64,000 bases of DNA from Peptococcaceae bacterium UBA5318 (GCA_002408285.1 DHRG01000013.1:4536-68535); one strand, 5' to 3'; shown: positions 35,901-46,493, counted from the stretch's first letter. A program made the numbers and translations. The notes: a model not told the origin generated them from the letters alone.

Positions 35901-36515
35901 AATGCGCCCAGCCACCACACTTCCCAACAGCCCGGGGAAAGAGCTTTCCCGCCAGGGCAGGTGGTTGCCGGCAATCCGGTCGCAAACCTCCTCTATCTTC
36001 TGCTCCGGCAGCCCGCTTTCTCTCAGCCCTTGCGCCCAAAGGGACCTTTGCACACTGCTGCCCAAATGGATGGCAAGCTCCGTACCGGAAGTCACGCCCA
36101 GGATAACGCTGGTTTTTTCTTTGTTCAGGTTTTTAAATTGGAAGCGGCAAGCCTCCTCCAGAACTCTTTGGGCCACGACTAAGGCTAAAAGCTGGCAAGT
36201 ATCCGTCGCCTTTAAATTATGGGGCGGAATGGCAAACTCCAGGGGATCAAAAACTATGTCCGGGAGAAAGGCGCCCCTTTTGCAATAGGTTTTATCGGGA
36301 GCCGCGGGATCAGGATGATAGTAATCGTCTATCAGCCAGTGAGAGCAGGGAACATCCGTGATGAGGTCCTTTCCTTCAAGAATGTTTTTCCAGCAAGCTC
36401 CCCGGTTGTCTCCTCCGGGCAATAAAGCGCTGATCCCCACAACGGCGATGGGTTGACAAGGTTCCACCAGGATTTTCACCTTCCTCCGGTCGGTTATGCC
36501 TGATTGGTCCAGCAC
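32916..36515 (-). CDS. PfaA-like type I PKS/FAS: ketosynthase - acyltransferase - single acyl carrier protein
   Basis: The KS shows TIVDAACGSSL, EAHGTGT and IGHTKAAAG, plus the Pfa-type segment SHWLIDDYYHPDPAAPDKTYCKRGAFLP. The AT shows FPGQGSQY, LAGHSYGE and TAFHS. The ACP shows [16 protein letters not shown]. Confidence 0.9.
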   Translation of the reverse strand: MLDQSGITDRRKVKILVEPCQPIAVVGISALLPGGDNRGACWKNILEGKDLITDVPCSHWLIDDYYHPDPAAPDKTYCKRGAFLPDIVFDPLEFAIPPHNLKATDTCQLLALVVAQRVLEEACRFQFKNLNKEKTSVILGVTSGTELAIHLGSSVQRSLWAQGLRESGLPEQKIEEVCDRIAGNHLPWRESSFPGLLGSVVAGRIANHFDLQGTNTIVDAACGSSLCAVSMAILELQSGKADLVITGGADTQNDIFMYLCFSNILALSPTGDCRPFSRQADGTVLGEGIAMVALKRLADAEKDGDPIYAVITGLGSSSDGRAKSIYAPRAEGQVLAVRRAYEAAGYGPDTVELVEAHGTGTRAGDAAEFAGLARVFPGEGKKQWCALGSIKSQIGHTKAAAGAVGLFKAVMALHHQVLPATIKVDQPNPNLKIEDSPFYLNTQSRPWIRGLDHPRRAAVSAFGFGGSNFHVTLEEYRKPGNRPAKLRTMPYELFLLAGRSPEELLRQGQGLLEEISACPSGSWTPSVRNGWHVALAKQAQAQYDPERAYRLALVSSNLDDLAAKIKQSLERIGTKPEQALDLSAGIYYATKRMTGKIAFLFPGQGSQYLNMGRDLALHFDCAREVWDRAAELAAGPQGEKLHDFVFPRPAFDGETRKLQEDCLTDTRIAQPAIGAMSLSLLAVLKQLGLQADLLAGHSYGEITALAAAGVFSEDAMLHVAKKRGELMQETSGNKGAMTSVFLPPAEAEALLKRLNLSVVVANINSPEQVVVSGPEEEIRQLEAACKQQGLPFIRLPVSTAFHSALVEPSVKPFRQYLQGVAFQKSAVPVYANLAAKPYPEEPESMKDLLARQIANPVRFAELIGRMAGEGVGLFIEVGPGGVLTGLAKQCLTGQDVKAVATDGKGQHGILSLLQAVACLSVLGVKLDYSCLWSGYGSLQDPRDEKKPAYPVKINGANYGKPYPQKNKSIDRQVSTMNQKERQQREQTGREHTREQEVSSVSLDLIQKQMTEAHLAFQKALTESHQAYLGFSEKLLAALTGQRPAAIPEKDGPAGEEQGLWQQAEHSLLELAHADQAGLIAGKSAAPPLPAEIPGYSGQEPVAGRGSGDGGKPSLSVRETVLEVVSEKTGYPVELLDLDSDLEAGLGIDSIKRVEILATVQERLAESLDAEPPDPDNSLPLALHTLKEIIAFLEQRVKKN

Positions 36516-36577
36516 AACCTGCCCTAAAGATGGAATTTTTCACATTGCCTTTATTTTATTTTCTTTGCCCCAAAATT

Positions 36578-36594
36578 TCATTGACAATTTTGCG
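36578..36594 (+). promoter_or_regulatory. 17-nt motif TCATTGACAATTTTGCG, copy C
   Basis: It lies about 63 nt upstream of the PKS gene start, on the opposite strand. Confidence 0.5.
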
Positions 36595-36897
36595 GTTTGA
36601 AAAAATTCCTTCCCGCCGCTCCAAACCGCCGGATATGTATATATCCCACAGCTTATAAGGAATGGAGCAGGGGCTAATGATCCTATTTTTTCAAATGCAT
36701 CTATGGAAAAACAAAAGAAGCCGACTGTATCATCAATCGGCTTCTTTCGACAAAATATTTTGAGAAGTTTGGTGAATATAGATGCCATCGGCGCGTGGAC
36801 TGAAAAACACCTTTTTCGACGCAAACCGAGAGCGAGGGATTGCCTGCGCGGTCTACCACGCTGAAAAAGTCGCTCAAATACATTTATGCCGTTTTGT

Positions 36898-37113
36898 TCA
36901 CATAATATGGAGCGCTCTTTTGTAGAGCGGATCAAATTCACATCCGCAGCTACCACATTCTTTATCCGCCTGCTTTATAGCAGCAATCAATTGATCTTTG
37001 TTTCCATTACCCTCAAGCCATGCTTTTGATGGAGCGGCAATGAAGTCCCATCCTGATTCAGCAAATTTCGTTATGATTTGAATCAATTCTTCGCGGTTTT
37101 TGTTTTCCATCAT
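36898..37113 (-). CDS. Hypothetical small protein (71 aa)
   Basis: A strong GGAGG ribosome-binding site lies 4 nt upstream of the ATGATG start. The composition is plausible (MMENKNREELIQIITKFAESGWDF...CGSCGCEFDPLYKRAL). I do not recognise the family. Confidence 0.4.
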   Translation of the reverse strand: MMENKNREELIQIITKFAESGWDFIAAPSKAWLEGNGNKDQLIAAIKQADKECGSCGCEFDPLYKRALHIM

Positions 37114-37475
37114 CTTTCCTCCTCAGATATTTTTTGATTTTTTCATACTTTCCATTGGATTCAAGTTTAATTTTAATCGCTCGATAATAGAGTTAAGCCT
37201 TTTTTCTCTTCCTTCCCCGGTCTTTGCGCCAGTATGTGATCATATAGCGCGTCCATATTGGAGGGTTGTAGAAAAACAACCTAACCTACAACATCAAAAT
37301 AATAAGCCCCCACATAGGCGCAGGGCTTCGTTAGCTAGGAGATTATTTGGTGAGGAGGCGTATCTCACATCTCTTTATAGACCGCTTGACGCGGTAGCGG
37401 CAGCTGCCTGTTCTGCCCTCAAATAACCCCCTTTGGCTAGCTTATTCATTTGTACGTCTTCAATAGGTAACCAAC

Positions 37476-37780
37476 TTAAAAGATGTACTTTTTTAATTCC
37501 TTGTAGAAATTCTCCCTTGTACCTGCGAGAACAACAACTACTGTTTGCCCGTTAACCGTTTCAATGTAATAGGCTATTTCATAGTTAATACCGGCATGAA
37601 ATAGATCATAGCCGAAGAAACCAGCTAAATCGCCAGTTTTCCTCTCTCCTTTTTCCTCTCTCCTATATACGGATTTTCCCTTATCGTCAAGATTGCGGCT
37701 TCAAAGGCTCTTTTAAGCTGTTTATCTTTAATCTTCCTAAGATATTTTTCCGCAGGAGGGCTTAATCGCACAGGCAACAA
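37476..37780 (-). pseudogene. RelE/ParE-family toxin gene disrupted by a 14-bp tandem duplication
   Basis: The minus strand reads TTG-LPVRLSPPAEKYLRKIKDKQLKRAFEAAILTIRENPYIGERK, then two adjacent 14-nt units (plus-strand 37636-37649 and 37650-37663, 13/14 identical). The frame shifts to ...GDLAGFFGYDLFHAGINYEIAYYIETVNGQTVVVVLAGTRENFYKELKK*. Deleting one unit restores a single 96-aa frame. Confidence 0.65.
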
Positions 37781-37783
37781 TAT

Positions 37784-38185
37784 TCAGTCCTCCCGATCAT
37801 TGAAGATATCCGAAAAAACCTGATCCGGATCACGGGTATCTTTCATGACCGCAGCAAGAGCATCCTGGCGAATCCTCTGAGCGGCTGTTTTCATTTTCCC
37901 TTTTGCTTCCGCGAAAGCTTTAACTAATTCATCGCCCTGGAGTCCTTTGTCGACTAGATCTTTTAGTATCAGATCGCTATAATCATCGAAGCTGTCATTT
38001 GGTTTGACTAACCGGCGTATCACAATTTCATTATCTTTGAGGATGCATTCAACCTGCTTGGATAATCCCAGGGTTTCCGCAAACTTCTGGGGAATCGTGA
38101 TTTGGTTTTTGGATGATACGTTTATAACACGGCTTTCTTCACTCATCCCGCGTAGTCCTTTCATCTTTTCGAGTGCTATTGCCAT
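37784..38185 (-). CDS. AbrB/MazE/SpoVT-family antitoxin
   Basis: INVSSKNQITIPQKFAETLGLSKQVECILKDNEIVIRRL is a SpoVT-AbrB swapped-hairpin motif. Its stop lies 3 nt before the toxin TTG start. Confidence 0.7.
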   Translation of the reverse strand: MAIALEKMKGLRGMSEESRVINVSSKNQITIPQKFAETLGLSKQVECILKDNEIVIRRLVKPNDSFDDYSDLILKDLVDKGLQGDELVKAFAEAKGKMKTAAQRIRQDALAAVMKDTRDPDQVFSDIFNDRED

Positions 38186-38583
38186 ATTATATCCCTCCCC
38201 GTTAAAAAATAGACCTATTTCCTAGAAGCATGCAAAGTAATATTTCTGTACTTCTTTACTTGTGTATTTCCATCATAGCTTAACCTATATTAAAAGTCAT
38301 TAAAATAATTTAAAAATCTTATCACTCCGCAACTTTGCGGAGTCAGTTTATATCAATGAGCATGGCTGCCGGCAGAAAAGAAATGGTTTCCCTGCTGAAA
38401 AGAACGGACTGCGAGGATGCCCTGTCGAGTCATCAGAATAATGTAAAGTTTCTTCTTGTGCAAAATAAAAGGCCCCTTATGGAGCATTAAAAAGAGTAAT
38501 ATTGATTTTAAATTAATTATATATTTGTCATACCCTGGAGTAGATGCTAATTCATTTAAGTTAATACGCCTTGCTTCTGGACC

Positions 38584-38800
38584 ATCTTCTTTAATGCAGG
38601 GTGTGATGCTGTCTGTTTTGCTGTCAGGAAATTAGCTGGGCATAAAAAAGACATCATCCCCAAAAACCCAATGATAAAGGCAGAAACGGTTTCAGTAGAT
38701 ACCAAGGAGCCGGAATCTTATGATATTGCCTCGATATCTGAGCGATTAGGGCATAGCGATAAAACACACAACCTGGAGAATATTTATGCTTCTGATGTCA
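38584..38800 (+). pseudogene. Heavily deleted tyrosine-recombinase (phage integrase) remnant
   Basis: One frame reads ...AVRKLAGHKKDIIPKNPMIKAETVSVDTKEPESYDIASISERLGHSDKTHNLENIYAS. This joins an N-terminal-domain-like segment (..g.I..NP) directly to the C-terminal LGHS....Y motif. There is no catalytic core and no proper start. Confidence 0.45.
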
Positions 38801-38894
38801 CCTTTTCAAGCAGGTGTCACCAAATTGTCGCTTTTTCCTTTGAAGACCATATAAAAAAGCTCCAGGGAGAAAACCCAAGAGCCTTACTCTCATA

Positions 38895-38984
38895 TGGCGG
38901 AGGGGGTGGGATTCGAACCCACGGAACCCGCAAGGATCCAACGGTTTTCAAGACCGCCTCCTTCAACCGCTCGGACACCCCTCC
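38895..38984 (-). tRNA. tRNA-Ser (anticodon UGA), with encoded CCA
   Basis: The minus strand reads GGAGGGGTGTCCGAGCGGTTGAAGGAGGCGGTCTTGAAAACCGTTGGATCCTTGCGGGTTCCGTGGGTTCGAATCCCACCCCCTCCGCCA. It has a 7-bp acceptor stem, a CT-TGA-AA anticodon loop, a long variable arm and GGTTCGAATCC in the T-loop. Confidence 0.9.
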
Positions 38985-39080
38985 CGCCTTAAGCAAACAC
39001 TTGCCTGTTTAACAGACAAACTATAATATAGCATGTTAAGGCTTAGCGTGTCAATATCTTATTCTGCCGCTCTCCCAGCC

Positions 39081-41977
<2,897 letters not shown>

Positions 41978-42045
41978 GATTTCCCCTTTCAAATCCACTT
42001 TTTTGTTTATCATCCTGAGTAACGTATTATTCTTTGGGGGATTGG

Positions 42046-42300
42046 GGAAAAAACAAAACTCCCGTCCCTAACCTTTAAGGTTAGGGACGGGAGTTATTCC
42101 CGCGTTGCCACCCATATTGGCCTTTGACAGACCCGCTCATTCATGCATAACGGACATGACCGTCAGGTTTTTCCTGACGCTCCGGGGCGGAATTCAACAA
42201 AGCGCCCGTTGGTTTGCACCACCCACCAACTCTCTGACACAGTTCTTTGTTTACTTTTCCCCTTCATAGCTTTTTAAGTATGACTTTGCTTTTTTAAGTA
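42046..42300 (-). ncRNA. T-box riboswitch leader (probable Ser specifier) controlling serA-serS
   Basis: The minus strand carries a Stem I AG-bulge (CAGAGAG), a distal hairpin GTTGGTgggtggtgcaaACCAAC and the specifier region TTGAATTCCGCC. The T-box sequence is AATATGGGTGGCAACGCGGG. The terminator is CTCCCGTCCCTAACC-ttaaa-GGTTAGGGACGGGAG followed by TTTTGTTTTTT. Confidence 0.8.
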
Positions 42301-42307
42301 TGCCCTT

Positions 42308-42336
42308 ATTCTACAGCGAATGCCCTCATAATGCAA
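42308..42336 (-). promoter_or_regulatory. Sigma-A-type promoter of the T-box/serA/serS unit
   Basis: The minus strand reads TTGCAT (42336-42331), a 17-nt spacer, then TAGAAT (42313-42308). Confidence 0.5.
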
Positions 42337-42342
42337 GCTGCT

Positions 42343-43551
42343 TTACAGCTTTTCTTTGCCGCTTTTGACGATTTCGTTTGTATCACGGGCAATCATGAGC
42401 TCCTCATTGGTGGGGATCACTAAAACGTGCGTTTTAGACTTAGCCGTCGATATATCCACTTCTTCTCCCCGGATTTTATTTTTCACCGGGTCGATTTCGA
42501 CCCCCAAATAACCTAAGCCGCTGCAAATCTTCTCCCGCATGAAGGCCGAATTTTCTCCCAATCCGGCGGTAAATACAATCGCGTCAACCCCGTCTAAAAC
42601 GGCTGCGTAAGAACCGATATACTTCTTCACCGTGTAAGCGAAGCGGTCCAGAGCGACCTGTGCCTGCGGGTTGCCTTGCCCGGCGGCCTCCTCAATATCC
42701 CGGAAGTCGCTGCTGACCCCGGAAAGGCCCAAAACTCCGCATGATTTATTTAAAAATGTATTTGTTTTATCCGCACTCCAATTTTCTTTATTCATGAGAT
42801 AGAAAACAATATAAGGATCCAAGTCGCCTGAACGGGTTCCCATAACCACGCCTTCCAGCGGGGTAAAGCCCATACTGGTATCAATGCTTTTGCCGCCTTT
42901 TACTGCAGCAATACTGGCGCCGTTCCCCAAATGGCAGGTAATAATTTTTGTTTCCTCCAAAGGCCGGTTTAGCATAGCCGCAGCCCTTTCGGAAACATAT
43001 TTATGGGAAGTGCCGTGAAAACCGTACCTGCGGATCTTATATTTCTTATATAACTCATAGGGAATTCCATATAAATAGGCTTCCGGAGGCATAGACTGAT
43101 GAAACGCCGTATCGAAAACACCGGCTTGCGGCACACCGTGCATCAGTTTCTGACAAGCCTCGATCCCCATAATATTGGGCGGATTATGTAAAGGGGCTAA
43201 TTCCGTATTTCGTCTAAGCGCTTCCATTACCGCCTCGGTAATTAAAACGGAGCCTGAAAAATCTTCCCCGGCATGAACTACGCGGTGACCAATGGCCGAT
43301 ATTTCACTCATCGAACCCAACACCCCTTGAACCGGGTCGACCAGGGCCTGCACCACCAAGGCGATAGCCTTTTCATGATTAGGAATTTCTTCTTCGATAA
43401 TATATTTTTCGGATCCGCGGCGATGTGTCAGGACAGAACCTTTTAAGCCGATTCGTTCTACAAGGCCTTTAGCTAAAACACTTTCGTCGGTCATGTCAAA
43501 GAGTTGGTATTTAAGCGAAGAACTCCCACAATTAACAACTAAAACTTTCAA
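42343..43551 (-). CDS. ackA: Acetate kinase
   Basis: [20 protein letters not shown]..., ...HRVVHAGE..., ...GFHGTSH..., ...[10 protein letters not shown]... Confidence 0.95.
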   Translation of the reverse strand: MKVLVVNCGSSSLKYQLFDMTDESVLAKGLVERIGLKGSVLTHRRGSEKYIIEEEIPNHEKAIALVVQALVDPVQGVLGSMSEISAIGHRVVHAGEDFSGSVLITEAVMEALRRNTELAPLHNPPNIMGIEACQKLMHGVPQAGVFDTAFHQSMPPEAYLYGIPYELYKKYKIRRYGFHGTSHKYVSERAAAMLNRPLEETKIITCHLGNGASIAAVKGGKSIDTSMGFTPLEGVVMGTRSGDLDPYIVFYLMNKENWSADKTNTFLNKSCGVLGLSGVSSDFRDIEEAAGQGNPQAQVALDRFAYTVKKYIGSYAAVLDGVDAIVFTAGLGENSAFMREKICSGLGYLGVEIDPVKNKIRGEEVDISTAKSKTHVLVIPTNEELMIARDTNEIVKSGKEKL

Positions 43552-43640
43552 CTTCTTAATCCCTCCATCTAAAATTATAGAAATAAAACCGGATATCGTC
43601 TGTATCTTACACTAACCTCTGACGGTTGACAACCCTCAAT

Positions 43641-46076
43641 TTACTCTTCATCCCGGTTTGCTACACGGGCAATGGCTACCACCTGATCGTTATCCGTCAT
43701 GCGCATGGTGGTGACGCCTTGCGTGGCCCGGCCCATTTCGGAAATATCATCCACAAAAACACGGATCATGATCCCGTCAAGAGTAATCATCATAATCTCA
43801 TCTCCTTCAGAGATCATCATGATCCCTACCACGGAACCGTTGCGGGGTGTGATTTTTAGGGCAATGACTCCTTTGCCCCCGCGTTTTTGGGTACGAAACT
43901 CATCAATTTTAGTACGTTTGCTGAATCCCTTTTCCGTGACGATCAATATATCAGCCCCGTCTTTAAAGGTATCCATGCCTACAACCTTATCATCATCCCC
44001 CAGATTAATGCCTTTAACCCCCCTGGCCGTTCGTCCCATAGTCCTTACGTCTGTTTCCTCGAAACGGATACCCAGCCCCTTTTTCGTAGCCATAATAATT
44101 TCATCCTGTCCATGGGTCAAGTTTACGCCGATCAGCTCGTCGCCCTCATCCATGGTCAAGGCAATAATCCCATCTTTCCTCGAAGAATCGTACTCGGTGA
44201 GAGGGGTTTTTTTCACAATGCCGTTTCTTGTGCCGGTCAACAGGTATTCTCCTGCTTCAAACCGCCGGATAGGTATCACCGCCGTGATTTTATCCTCCCC
44301 GGTGATCTGGAGTAAATTGACAATGGCCGTTCCTTTGGCCTGACGGCTTGCCTCGGGGATCTCATATACTTTAAGCCGGTAAACCTTCCCGCGGTTCGTA
44401 AAAAACAGCAGGTAATGGTGGGTCGTGGTAATAAACAGGTGTTCCACAAAATCTTCTTCCTTGGTGGTGATAGCTGAAACACCCCGGCCGCCCCGTTTTT
44501 GGTTGCGATAGGTAGTGATCGGCTGGCGCTTGATATACCCGCCATGAGTTATCGCAATCACCACGTCCTCTTCCGCAATCAAATCTTCCCTTTGCAGGTT
44601 TTCCTCCGCCATGGCGATTTGCGTCCGCCGTTCATCGCCATATTTTTTCCTGACCTCCAACAACTCCTCTTTGATAATCTTCAGCACCAGTTTTTCATCC
44701 GCTAATATATTTCTAAAATAGGCGATCCGGCTAATTAGATCCCGGTACTCCTCTTCCAGCTTTTCTCTTTCTAGGCCGGAAAGCTTACCCAGCCGCATCT
44801 CTACAATCGCCTGGGCCTGTTTATCAGACAGAGCGAAACGGTCCATCAAATTATTTCTGGCTGTTTCTATATCCTTAGACTGCCGGATGGTACGAACCAC
44901 TTCATCAATATGATCAATGGCTATCTTGAGGCCTTCGACAATATGGAGCCGCTCCTCGGCCTTTTTGAGATCATAGCGGGTCCGCCGGACGATAACCTCT
45001 TTCTGATGATCCAAATAACAAGAAAGTACTTCCCGCAGGTTCAGCACCTTGGGCACTCCTGCGGTTATCGCCAGCATGATAACCCCGAAAGTATCCTGTA
45101 ATTGGGTTTGCTTATATAATTGATTGAGGATGATTTGCGCGTTAACATCCCGTCTTAACTCTATAACGATCCGCATCCCTGTACGATCGGATTCATCCCG
45201 CAAATCAGTAATCCCGTCGATCTTTTTATCCCGCACCAGTTCGGCGATCTTTTCCACCAGCTTAGCTTTATTGACCTGATAGGGCAACTCCGTAATCATG
45301 ACCCGCATTTTCCCATTGTTCATCTTTTCAATACGGGACACGCCCCGCATTACGATACTTCCGCGCCCGGTTTCATAGGCCTGCCTAATGCCATCCCGGC
45401 CCATAATCAAACCGGCTGTAGGAAAATCCGGCCCTTTGATGATATCCATCAGTTCAGCGACGGTTGCTTCAGGCCGGTCAATAAGACAAATCACCCCGTC
45501 TATGACCTCTGTTAAATTATGGGGCGGTATGTTGGTAGCCATTCCTACCGCAATACCCGAAGACCCATTCACCAAAAGATTGGGGATCCGGGAAGGAAGG
45601 ACGGACGGTTCCTCCAGAGATTCATCATAGTTGGGGGTAAAATCCACTGTTTCTTTTTCCAAATCCCTTAGCATTTCCTGGGCAATTTTAGACATACGGG
45701 CTTCCGTATAACGCATGGCCGCCGCAGAATCCCCGTCAATAGACCCAAAGTTGCCATGGCCGTCAATTAATGGATAACGTATCGAAAAATCCTGAGCTAA
45801 GCGAACCATCGCGTCATAAACGGACGCATCACCGTGGGGATGATACTTACCTAAAACATCTCCGACCACACGGGCTGATTTTTTATGAGGTTTGTCAGGC
45901 CCCATGCCTGATTCATGCATGGCATACAAAATACGGCGATGGACCGGCTTCAAGCCGTCCCGGACATCAGGAAGAGCCCGTCCGATAATTACGCTCATCG
46001 CATAGTCGATATATGATTTTCTCATCTCATCTTCTAAACGAATAGGCACAATTTTTCCTTCAATGAATGTTTCCAT
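43641..46076 (-). CDS. gyrA: DNA gyrase subunit A
   Basis: ...[29 protein letters not shown]...[20 protein letters not shown]... plus C-terminal beta-pinwheel repeats. Confidence 0.97.
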   Translation of the reverse strand: METFIEGKIVPIRLEDEMRKSYIDYAMSVIIGRALPDVRDGLKPVHRRILYAMHESGMGPDKPHKKSARVVGDVLGKYHPHGDASVYDAMVRLAQDFSIRYPLIDGHGNFGSIDGDSAAAMRYTEARMSKIAQEMLRDLEKETVDFTPNYDESLEEPSVLPSRIPNLLVNGSSGIAVGMATNIPPHNLTEVIDGVICLIDRPEATVAELMDIIKGPDFPTAGLIMGRDGIRQAYETGRGSIVMRGVSRIEKMNNGKMRVMITELPYQVNKAKLVEKIAELVRDKKIDGITDLRDESDRTGMRIVIELRRDVNAQIILNQLYKQTQLQDTFGVIMLAITAGVPKVLNLREVLSCYLDHQKEVIVRRTRYDLKKAEERLHIVEGLKIAIDHIDEVVRTIRQSKDIETARNNLMDRFALSDKQAQAIVEMRLGKLSGLEREKLEEEYRDLISRIAYFRNILADEKLVLKIIKEELLEVRKKYGDERRTQIAMAEENLQREDLIAEEDVVIAITHGGYIKRQPITTYRNQKRGGRGVSAITTKEEDFVEHLFITTTHHYLLFFTNRGKVYRLKVYEIPEASRQAKGTAIVNLLQITGEDKITAVIPIRRFEAGEYLLTGTRNGIVKKTPLTEYDSSRKDGIIALTMDEGDELIGVNLTHGQDEIIMATKKGLGIRFEETDVRTMGRTARGVKGINLGDDDKVVGMDTFKDGADILIVTEKGFSKRTKIDEFRTQKRGGKGVIALKITPRNGSVVGIMMISEGDEIMMITLDGIMIRVFVDDISEMGRATQGVTTMRMTDNDQVVAIARVANRDEE

Positions 46077-46127
46077 TCTCTCACCTCACAATGATGATAC
46101 TGCTGTTCCTATCTATGTTTTTTCATA

Positions 46128-46493
46128 CTACGCTTTTTTGCACTCTTGAAAAAAACTGATTAAATCATTTAGCTTGGAAAATTGGAAAGGCTTTTCCAGA
46201 ATACCCTGGGCTCCGACTCTACTTGCAACCTCCGCTAATTTCTCATGGGCTGAGAAGAGAATAATAGGGATTTCCTTAGTTTTAATATTGCTTTTTAATA
46301 CTTTGGCTACCTCTTCTCCGCTCATTTCCGGCATCCTCATATCTAAGATAATTAGATCCACCTTGTCCTGGGTTATTTCTCGGAGTGCTTCTAACGGTGA
46401 CGAAAACGCTAACACCAGATGGCCTTCAATTTCTAAATACAGGCGCAAAGAAAGTAAAATCCCTTTTTCATCATCAATTACGGCAATCCTCAA
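46128..46493 (-). CDS. Stand-alone receiver-domain response regulator (CheY-like)
   Basis: LRIAVIDDEKGILLSLRLYLE...VDLIILDMRMPEMSGEEV...IPIILFSAH; there is no output domain. The TTG start at 46493 has GAGGTGG 6 nt upstream. Confidence 0.8.
   Translation of the reverse strand: MRIAVIDDEKGILLSLRLYLEIEGHLVLAFSSPLEALREITQDKVDLIILDMRMPEMSGEEVAKVLKSNIKTKEIPIILFSAHEKLAEVASRVGAQGILEKPFQFSKLNDLISFFQECKKA

Noticed and set aside
36540-36956. A 138-aa minus-strand ORF just upstream of the PKS gene.
   Set aside because: It has no ribosome-binding site and an odd composition, and it spans the intergenic region containing the 17-mer. It also overlaps the better-supported small gene 36898..37113. It is probably non-coding.
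38671-39012. A 113-aa plus-strand ORF.
   Set aside because: It runs straight through the tRNA-Ser gene on the opposite strand. Only its first part resembles anything (an integrase C-terminal motif), so I treated it as a remnant rather than a gene.
42190-42205. TTC (Phe) as the T-box specifier codon.
   Set aside because: The downstream genes are serA and serS. The overlapping TCC is followed by a purine, as expected for a specifier, whereas TTC is followed by C. The reading remains unverified without a covariance-model alignment.
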